Source: Mycobacterium sp. (GTDB lineage Bacteria; Actinomycetota; Actinomycetes; Mycobacteriales; Mycobacteriaceae). Taken from it: a stretch of 64,000 nucleotides of DNA. How positions within the stretch are numbered: position 1 is the first letter of the stretch; every line of letters begins with the position of its first letter. The notes below the pieces were generated by a model. It saw only the letters and a list, made by a program, of their open reading frames with translations. It ran no database searches and was not told the origin of the DNA. The stretch covers positions 5,163 through 69,162 of the forward strand of contig NZ_JAVKSG010000006.1 of NCBI RefSeq assembly GCF_039583785.1, read 5' to 3'. This document shows, piece after piece, positions 54,586-62,104 of this stretch. Made by a program: the position numbers and the translations under genes.

Positions 54586-55902
54586 ATGACGCTGGCTCGC
54601 AGGCTGCGATTTCGCGCCAGCCTGATGAAGGTCGGTGTCGACGGGGCACTCGGGGTGGCACGGGACAAGGCCACCTCCTACGGCTACTCGTTGACCGGCC
54701 GGGAAACCGCGCCCGCCACCGACTTCGACCCGTTCTCGGCAGAAGTCATGCACGACCCGTATCCGGGCTACCAGTCCCTGCTGAACGGCGACGACGTTCC
54801 AGGAGTCTGGTACAACCGCAAACGCGGCATCTGGATCATCGCGGGCTACGACGACGTCCGAAAGGCGTTGCGCGACAACGAACAATTGTCGTCAGCACAG
54901 AGCCAGAGCCGATTCCGGGTATACCTGCCGTCGATGAACGCCGCCGACCCGCCTGCCCACACCCGGCTGCGCAAGTTCGTCTCGCGCGCTTTTACCGCGC
55001 GGGCGATGACGGCCTGGCAGAAGAACATCAACGAGGTCGCCGACGAGCTGGTCGACACCGTGATCGCCCAACGTTACACCGAGGCCGTCAACGGCCTGGC
55101 CAAGCCGCTACCGACCCGGTTGATCGCCAGGATGCTCGGCATTCCGCAGCACGATCAGCCGCAGTTTGTGGCATGGTCGGACGACATGGTGGCCGGTGCC
55201 TTCGCGCCGCTGACCCCGCACGGCGTGCGGCTGTCCGCCCGCTCGGGTAGCGCGACCGCGGCGATGCGCCGCAGCCTCGACCCGCTGATCGCGCAGCGAC
55301 GCCGCACTCCCGGCGACGACCTGATCTCGATGATGACGCCGGCCGACGCCGACGATGTGCTCACCGACGACGAAATCTTCTGGAGTGCCGCAATGTTGAT
55401 CGGCGCCGGCAGCGAAACGACGACGAACATGTTGTCCGGTTTGCTGTTGACGCTGGCCCAGCGGCCCGAACTGTACGCGCGGCTGCGTGCGCACCCGGAG
55501 TTGATTCCGGCCGCCGTCGAAGAGCAGCTGCGAATGGGCTCGCCGGTGCAGGGCTTCTACCGCACCGCGACGTGCGATTACACCGTGGGGGCCACCACGA
55601 TTCCGGCCGGCGCGCGGGTGCTGCTGCTGTTCGCCGCCGCCAACCGCGACCCGCGCCGCTACCCCGACCCGGACACCTTCGACCTCGATCGCAATCCGAC
55701 CGACCACCTCGCATTCGGCGGCGGCGTCCATTACTGCCTGGGTGTACCGCTGACCCGGCTGGAGGGCGCCCGGGTGTTCTCCCAACTGCTGCCCCGGGTC
55801 GAACAGATTCGCCTGACCGGTGAGTACCGCTATCTCGACAACCCGACAATGCGTGGGCTGGAACATCTTCCGCTGGAGTTGGTCCCCGCCAAGGGTATGT
55901 GA
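54586..55902 (+). CDS. Cytochrome P450 (bacterial class I type; family not assigned)
   Basis: DPYPGY, DPPAHTRLR, GAGSETTTN, EEQLR, FGGGVHYCLG. Confidence 0.92.
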   Translation: MTLARRLRFRASLMKVGVDGALGVARDKATSYGYSLTGRETAPATDFDPFSAEVMHDPYPGYQSLLNGDDVPGVWYNRKRGIWIIAGYDDVRKALRDNEQLSSAQSQSRFRVYLPSMNAADPPAHTRLRKFVSRAFTARAMTAWQKNINEVADELVDTVIAQRYTEAVNGLAKPLPTRLIARMLGIPQHDQPQFVAWSDDMVAGAFAPLTPHGVRLSARSGSATAAMRRSLDPLIAQRRRTPGDDLISMMTPADADDVLTDDEIFWSAAMLIGAGSETTTNMLSGLLLTLAQRPELYARLRAHPELIPAAVEEQLRMGSPVQGFYRTATCDYTVGATTIPAGARVLLLFAAANRDPRRYPDPDTFDLDRNPTDHLAFGGGVHYCLGVPLTRLEGARVFSQLLPRVEQIRLTGEYRYLDNPTMRGLEHLPLELVPAKGM

Positions 55903-55912
55903 TCGGCGAGGC

Positions 55913-56698
55913 TCAAAGCCCGCGGCTCACGAGCCAGCTGTCGATGCGTTCGGCGACCGCGGCCCAGCCGGGTTCGAGCATCATGTTGTGACCCATGTCG
56001 GGGAAGAACTCGGCCTGGGTGCCGTAAGCGCGGGCGGTGGCGAGGATTTCCTTGCGGGTGTGCGCGCCGTCCTCGTCGGCTCCGAGCACCAGGACCGGCG
56101 CGGTCACCTTCTTGGGTCGCGGCAGCCGCAGCAACAGACTGTCGATGCCGATGCGCGAGCTGTCCTCTTGCAGGCGGGCCGCGTACTTTTCGACGTCGGC
56201 TTCCGGCGTGTGCGTCGAGAAGAACCGCTCCCGCGCCAGCTGCGGCGGATTGATGTACGGCAGTGCTTTGCCAGTGATCGTCATCTTGACGAAATCCGAC
56301 GGGCGTTGCCGTATCCACCGCAACGCATTTCCGAGGTTTCCCTGCGGAGGAACGGACGTCATCAAAACGCCGGCCGGAGCGTCGTGCGACTCCAGATACT
56401 TCTGCACGATCAGACCGCCCATGGAGTGACCGATGACCACCGGGGAGCTGGGCAGCGTGTCGGCGACCGAGCTGACGTCGGCGACATAGTCGGCGACCGA
56501 GCAGGCCCACAGCGGCTTGTCAGTCAGGCTTTCGCCGTGGCCGCGAAAGCTCAACGCGACTGCGCAGTAATCCTTGTCGGCGAAGTAGCTGAGGAAGTTC
56601 TCGTCCCAACACCAAGCGGCATGCCAGACCCCGTGGACAAAAAGCAGCGGGGCGGGATGCGCCTCGCTGACACTGCCCTTCTCGATCACCTCTAGCAC
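55913..56698 (-). CDS. Alpha/beta hydrolase (esterase/lysophospholipase-like)
   Basis: FVHG, FRGHGES, GHSMGG nucleophile, GADED, GHNMM. Confidence 0.9.
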   Translation of the reverse strand: MLEVIEKGSVSEAHPAPLLFVHGVWHAAWCWDENFLSYFADKDYCAVALSFRGHGESLTDKPLWACSVADYVADVSSVADTLPSSPVVIGHSMGGLIVQKYLESHDAPAGVLMTSVPPQGNLGNALRWIRQRPSDFVKMTITGKALPYINPPQLARERFFSTHTPEADVEKYAARLQEDSSRIGIDSLLLRLPRPKKVTAPVLVLGADEDGAHTRKEILATARAYGTQAEFFPDMGHNMMLEPGWAAVAERIDSWLVSRGL

Positions 56699-56766
56699 CG
56701 CGATAGCCTATCTGTCCGCTTTACCGGAACTCAGCAGTGTCCAAGAATCCGTATATCGCCATGTCG

Positions 56767-57576
56767 TCAATGGAGTTTCCTCTCTGCGCGCCACGCAAGC
56801 AGCGGCAGCAGTTGCTCGTGCGGCGCAAAACGACAACACGCCGCGACCAGTCGGTTCATCCGACCCGGAACGACGCGGCACTTGTCTGCGGCCAATCCGT
56901 CGATCGCGGCGCGGGCGACCTGGTCGGCGGACTTCCACATGAAGCCAGGCAGGGTGGCGGCCCGCTCACCGGGGTCGAAGCCGGCCACCACATCGAACCC
57001 GGTGTCGACCGGTCCGGGACACAACGCGCTTGCCACGACTCCGGTTCCGCCCAACTCGCTGCGCAGACTTTCGGTGTAGGACAACACAAATGCCTTCGCC
57101 GCACCGTATGTCGCATGCCCGGGCAGCGGGTAGAGCCCGGCCAGCGAGGACACGTTCAGCACCGCGCCGCGGCCCCGCTCGACCATACCCGGCAGAAACC
57201 GGCTGCACAGGTCCACCACGGCGGCGACGTCGACCTCGACGAGGTTGAGTTGTTGCTCCGGAATCGATTTCGCTACCGGAGCACGCACCGCCAGGCCGGC
57301 GTTGTTGATCAGGATGTCCGGTGTCACGCCCAACGCGGCGACCCGGCCCGGAAGCGCCGCGCGGTCCGCCCTGCTCGACAAGTCAGCGGTCAGGACGTGC
57401 GCCTTGCAATTCAACCCGTCGGCGAGTGCCTGCAGGCGGTCGGTCCGCCGAGCCACCAGCACCAGCTGATGCCCACGTCGCGCAAGCTCGAGCGCAATGG
57501 CCTCACCAATGCCCGACGAGGCGCCGGTGACGACTGCCACGCGGTTTGCCGACGGTTCCGGGAGAGCCACGCGCAC
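56767..57576 (-). CDS. Short-chain dehydrogenase/reductase
   Basis: TGASSGIG, INNAG, NVSS, YGAAK. Confidence 0.92.
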   Translation of the reverse strand: MRVALPEPSANRVAVVTGASSGIGEAIALELARRGHQLVLVARRTDRLQALADGLNCKAHVLTADLSSRADRAALPGRVAALGVTPDILINNAGLAVRAPVAKSIPEQQLNLVEVDVAAVVDLCSRFLPGMVERGRGAVLNVSSLAGLYPLPGHATYGAAKAFVLSYTESLRSELGGTGVVASALCPGPVDTGFDVVAGFDPGERAATLPGFMWKSADQVARAAIDGLAADKCRVVPGRMNRLVAACCRFAPHEQLLPLLAWRAERKLH

Positions 57577-57637
57577 TGACCTTACCCGCGTTAGTCACAC
57601 CGGCAACACGAAACGACCGATCATGCCGCGACGCAGA

Positions 57638-57652
57638 TTCTCAGCCTGAGAA
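57638..57652. promoter_or_regulatory. Inverted repeat TTCTCAG-C-CTGAGAA between divergent SDR and PE-PPE genes
   Basis: Perfect 7-bp inverted repeat, with a further TCTCAG at 57655-57660. Confidence 0.4.
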
Positions 57653-57707
57653 CATCTCAGAGAAGCCTGCAAGGTAGTATTTTGGAGGCCGACTGGGGGG
57701 ATACATT

Positions 57708-58973
57708 GTGAATTGGAATTCGATGCCGTCGTGGAAAGCCCGCGGGCTTGGTTTTGGACTGTTGGCAGGCGCCTGCGCTCTGAACGCAGCACCGGCGTGG
57801 GCGGACGCACCTGACCCAACTGATTACACCGCGCTGGTTCTCGGCCATGCGTTTCTGCCCCAGCCGAACGCGACGTACATGCAGGAGGTGATCGACACCT
57901 ATGTCGATCCCACAACTCCTTTCGAGGGGCAGCCGACGTACAACGTCGTCGGCGATCCGGTCAGCGTGTACACGCCCGAGACCGACTACACCACGGGGCT
58001 GACCCAGGGCGTCGCCGACCTGAACAGCCAGCTCACTCCGCTACTAACGGCGAATCCCGACGCCCACGTCGTCGTCGCCGGCTACTCGATGAGCCCCTCC
58101 GACATCACCCAGGAGATGATCAACCTCCAGGCTACGGGTGTGAAGGACCCGAACCTGGTCTTCGTGTTGGCAGAGGATCTCAACAACCCCGACGGAGGAT
58201 TCTTCACGCGGCTCCCGGGTTTTGGCGGCGAGACCCTGCCTGCGACACCCGCGGATACTCCATACACCACCGACATTTACAGCATCGAATACAGCGGGGC
58301 GTCCGACTTTCCCCAGTACGACGGCAACACGTTTGCGGACCTGAACGCCGCGGACGGTTACATCGACCTTCATCCCTACCTGCTGCCCGGCTGGCCGGCG
58401 TATTTCACGCCATCAGAGCTCGCCGGCGCGGTACCGGAACCCACGTCGGGAGCTGACGTCGCCACCAATTACTACCTCATTCCCACCCAGGATCTGCCGC
58501 TGCTGAACGTGCTTCGTCTGGAGCCCGGCGCACCGTCGGCGGACGCCGATCTGCTCCAGCCCGACATGCGGGTGCTGGTCGACCTGGGTTACAACTGGAC
58601 CGGCGACGCGAACGTCAGCACTCCGGCAACCCTGACAAACCCGGACATCGACACGACCGCGGTCGACTCTTACCTCACCGCCGGGGCCGACCAAGGCATG
58701 ATCAACGCCCTGGTGGACATGGGAGTGCTGCCGAAATCCGACCTGACGGGCTTGGCGGATATGTACCCCTACGTGCCGGATGTCGCGAACCTGATGAGTG
58801 GCGCCCTTACCGACAACACCGCTGCGGCGCTAGACGCGACGACCTCGGCCAGCTTGCTGACCACCGATCTGGCCAGCTCGACCAACCCGCTGGCGGCTGA
58901 CTTTGCCTCCTTCGCCCCGGGAATGGCCACCGATCTCGCCAATTACTTCCAACTTCTCGCCGGCTCGCTCTGA
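57708..58973 (+). CDS. Secreted PE-PPE-domain (cutinase-like fold) protein, highly acidic
   Basis: Signal peptide ending APAWA|D; AGYSMS, NNPDGGFFTR, IEYSGASDFPQY, LHPY, LVDLGY. No PE/PPE N-terminal domain. Confidence 0.82.
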   Translation: MNWNSMPSWKARGLGFGLLAGACALNAAPAWADAPDPTDYTALVLGHAFLPQPNATYMQEVIDTYVDPTTPFEGQPTYNVVGDPVSVYTPETDYTTGLTQGVADLNSQLTPLLTANPDAHVVVAGYSMSPSDITQEMINLQATGVKDPNLVFVLAEDLNNPDGGFFTRLPGFGGETLPATPADTPYTTDIYSIEYSGASDFPQYDGNTFADLNAADGYIDLHPYLLPGWPAYFTPSELAGAVPEPTSGADVATNYYLIPTQDLPLLNVLRLEPGAPSADADLLQPDMRVLVDLGYNWTGDANVSTPATLTNPDIDTTAVDSYLTAGADQGMINALVDMGVLPKSDLTGLADMYPYVPDVANLMSGALTDNTAAALDATTSASLLTTDLASSTNPLAADFASFAPGMATDLANYFQLLAGSL

Positions 58974-58988
58974 CCGCTGCTACATCCG

Positions 58989-59819
58989 TTGAATTCAAAG
59001 CTTGTCGCGCTGATCACCGGTGCGACGAGTGGTATCGGCGAAGCAACCGCCTACCGACTGCACGACCGTGGCTATACGGTGTTCGCCACCGGGCGCAACC
59101 CCGATGCCCTGGATGCCCTGCGGCGCAAGGGTTTACCGGCCCGTGAGCTCGACGTCACCGACGAGGCCGCCGTGGATCGACTCGTCGAGGAGATCAACGC
59201 CGAGCACGGCGGGGTCGACGTCCTGGTCAACAGCGCCGGCTACCCGCTCCCCCGCCCGCTCGAGCAAGTGGAGCTGAGCGAACTGCGGCATCTGTTCGAG
59301 ACCAATGTGGTTGCCACCCTTCATTTGTCGCAGGCGGTGTTGCCGACGATGCGCGCACGCGGTCAGGGCAGGATCGTCACGATCGGCAGCACCGGTGGAC
59401 GGTTCACCAGCCCGGGCGCCGGCGCATATCACGTCGTCAAGTACGGCGTCGAGGCGCTGTCGCTGTCGTTGGGCGCCGAGGTGGCACCGTTCGGTGTCCG
59501 TGTCGTGCTGATCGACCCGACCGGGGTGCGAACGCGTTTCGTCAGTGCGCAATTCGAGACGGAGCACTCCTACCCCGACGACGATCCCTACGGCGACTTC
59601 AAGATTCGCTATTCCCAAACCACCCGCAGGTTGGCCACGGCGAAGGGACTGACAGTGTCTGCCGACACGGTGGCCCGTGTCGTCATGCGGGCCGTGCAGG
59701 CCAAGAATCCCAAGCCCCGCTACGTCGTCGGGGCGTCCGGAAAGGCCTCCGTGCTGGCCCGCACGTTACTGAGCGACCGGATGTGGGACCGCGTCATGAG
59801 GCTGGGCATGCGGGGCTGA
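58989..59819 (+). CDS. Short-chain dehydrogenase/reductase
   Basis: TGATSGIG, NSAG, YHVVK, VVLIDP, PKPRYVVG; TTG start. Confidence 0.9.
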   Translation: MNSKLVALITGATSGIGEATAYRLHDRGYTVFATGRNPDALDALRRKGLPARELDVTDEAAVDRLVEEINAEHGGVDVLVNSAGYPLPRPLEQVELSELRHLFETNVVATLHLSQAVLPTMRARGQGRIVTIGSTGGRFTSPGAGAYHVVKYGVEALSLSLGAEVAPFGVRVVLIDPTGVRTRFVSAQFETEHSYPDDDPYGDFKIRYSQTTRRLATAKGLTVSADTVARVVMRAVQAKNPKPRYVVGASGKASVLARTLLSDRMWDRVMRLGMRG

Positions 59820-59842
59820 GCGTGTGCGGCTGGGCGTGTGCC

Positions 59843-59901
59843 GCGAAACAGAAGCGGCGGCTGCGGAATTCCTCGATGGACGACCCTGGCTTCTGTTTCG
59901 C
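59843..59901. repeat. 13-bp inverted repeat between convergent genes
   Basis: GCGAAACAGAAGC (59843-59855) / GCTTCTGTTTCGC (59889-59901), 33-nt spacer. Confidence 0.7.
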
Positions 59902-59916
59902 AGCAGCGACCTGAAC

Positions 59917-61554
59917 TCAGAACATGCTCAGGAGCGACTGCGGCACGAAGCTGCTGAGGTCTGCGCTGATCTGGGCGCTGACCTCGGCAAGTATTTGACT
60001 TACCGAGTCGGCGCCCGCCGTCGCGCCCAGGCTGGACATCAGCGCGCTCAGATCGGTCGACATCGACGGATCCAAGCTACTCGCGCTGGCCGCCGAGCCC
60101 GTCAGGCCCGGGTCGCCCTGTGTCGGATCGAGGAGGAACCCGACGGTGTTGGCGTTGTTCAAAGACGAGAAGTTCCAGTCGTTGTTGGTCAACAGGGTCA
60201 ACAGGTCCTGCCCGTCGAGATTGGGGTCGTAACCGCCATAGGTCGGGTCGAAGGTTGTCGTCAATGGATCGGCCGCGTACGCCACGTAGTTGGGGTCGGT
60301 CACGATCCCGTCGTTGGTGAACAGCGCCGGCAGTTCGGGGTTGATGGCAGCCAGGTCCGCGTCGTAGGTCGCCAGTTGATCCGGGGTCAGGTTGTAGTAG
60401 CCGGTCTGCAGCAGCGCGACGGCATCGTCGGTTTCGGCCTGGGTCGAGGTGCTATCGGTGGTGCTGCTCAGGTAGTCCTGAATCGTGGTGTTGCTCGGAT
60501 CCCAGGCCAGGATGTCCTGCACCAGCGCTGTCTGCGTGTCGGCAGCGGGGATGTCGCACAGCGCCGGGCAGGCCGGGCTGCCCTCGACGAAGGGGTCGAA
60601 GGCCACCACCGTCGACGCGGCGAAGTTCTGGAAGGCTTGGGTGAGGTCTGTGAGGCTGGGCAGGTCGATGCCGGTGCCGTCGATCCCGGAGGTCGACGGC
60701 GTGGCCAGCAGGCTGTTGTAGAAGTCCTGGAAGGGCCCGAGCAGGTTCAGCTTGAACGTGGCGTTCTCCCACGGCATGTAGTCACCGGCACCCGTACCGT
60801 TGACACCGGTCGTGCCGTCGAAGCCGAAGGCGCTGGCCACTCCGCCACCGGTGCCGGTGTCGGGGCTGGGGTCGATGATGCCGCCCGGGTCGGTGGTGGA
60901 GTTGAACGTGAAGTTACCGCTGGTCAACTCCGAGAGCGGCACCTGCAACCAGTGCGAGAAAAGTCCGAAGGGCTCACCGTTTTGGGTGGTGGCCGTCCCG
61001 CCGAGGGCCTGGAAGAAGCCGATGTCGCGGTCGAAAGCGGTGCTGCCGGTGATGACCTCCGGTGGTGTCATCGGATAGCAGGTCTGCGCGTCGCAGGAGG
61101 CACTGACCGGCAGTTCGGCGGCGGCCAGCATCGCGATCTGCTGCGCCAGACCCGCCGTACCGTCCGACAGCGCGGTCGGATCGATTTCCGGCTGGTCGAG
61201 CCCGGAAATCTGCGAAAACGGGAGCGCTATGTCGAGGAGTCCCATGTAGTGGCCGATGTCGCCGGGGTCGGTTCCCCACAGGTTCGTGGCGTTGGGGACC
61301 CACCAGTCCCCGCCGAAGAACAGCGAATTCGACAGCACATCGAGGCCCTGGATCTCGTTGGACGGGATGTTCGCGATGTCGTCGAACAGGTTGATCGGAA
61401 CGTTGAAGATGTCACTGCTGGCGTCGACCAGTCGGGTGTCGATATGGCGGACCGGGGGTTGCCCCGGTCGCAGCGGGAGTTGCACTCCCGCGATCGCGCC
61501 GGTCGCTAACAATGCCGCACTCGCCAAGATGCACGGACGTCCCGCAGCGCGCAT
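59917..61554 (-). CDS. Secreted hyper-acidic protein of unknown family, paralogue A
   Basis: N-terminus MRAAGRPCILASAALLATGAIA...PPVRHIDTRLVD (mycobacterial export-type leader); GC3-biased coding; collinear with 62105-63802. Start at ATG 61554. Confidence 0.85.
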   Translation of the reverse strand: MRAAGRPCILASAALLATGAIAGVQLPLRPGQPPVRHIDTRLVDASSDIFNVPINLFDDIANIPSNEIQGLDVLSNSLFFGGDWWVPNATNLWGTDPGDIGHYMGLLDIALPFSQISGLDQPEIDPTALSDGTAGLAQQIAMLAAAELPVSASCDAQTCYPMTPPEVITGSTAFDRDIGFFQALGGTATTQNGEPFGLFSHWLQVPLSELTSGNFTFNSTTDPGGIIDPSPDTGTGGGVASAFGFDGTTGVNGTGAGDYMPWENATFKLNLLGPFQDFYNSLLATPSTSGIDGTGIDLPSLTDLTQAFQNFAASTVVAFDPFVEGSPACPALCDIPAADTQTALVQDILAWDPSNTTIQDYLSSTTDSTSTQAETDDAVALLQTGYYNLTPDQLATYDADLAAINPELPALFTNDGIVTDPNYVAYAADPLTTTFDPTYGGYDPNLDGQDLLTLLTNNDWNFSSLNNANTVGFLLDPTQGDPGLTGSAASASSLDPSMSTDLSALMSSLGATAGADSVSQILAEVSAQISADLSSFVPQSLLSMF

Positions 61555-62104
61555 GGCGCCCCCTCTCCCCAGACGGTCAAAACTTCGCGCACTCAAGCTA
61601 CACTAAGGGAATCTAAGTTCGGGCGAGTACCTCAAAACTGGGCGTAAGGATATCGTTAGCAAGCCCTTTATTAGATTGACGCCGAGTAGGCGAGCAACAA
61701 AAGTCCAATTTCTTGGATATCCGCCGGCGAGGGACGCGCCGACTATGTCAATCCCCTTTCCGCGGTAAACACCGACCAGCCTGTGAGATCGGCGTCTAAT
61801 TATGACTCGACGCCGACCCCGCACGCCGCTGATCGCAGTTCTGCAGTCAGGAGTCGACAACCGCAGTCAAGGAGCCCCGACACAGACTCGTCAGATCCGG
61901 GCGGTCAGGCCCGGCGGACCTCCTGCTAGCGGAGTAAGGCGGCTTGACGTCGATGTCCGGTTGGATGGGCGGCGAGCTTTTGGCTAAGCGGCGGTCCTTG
62001 ACAAGTCTTGGCGCCCAGCCCTGAAACTCTCGTGCTGCAGCAAAAGCCACGGACTCGCTGCCGCCCGCCTGCGCGTTGGGGGCCGGCCGACCGACCGTCA
62101 AAGC

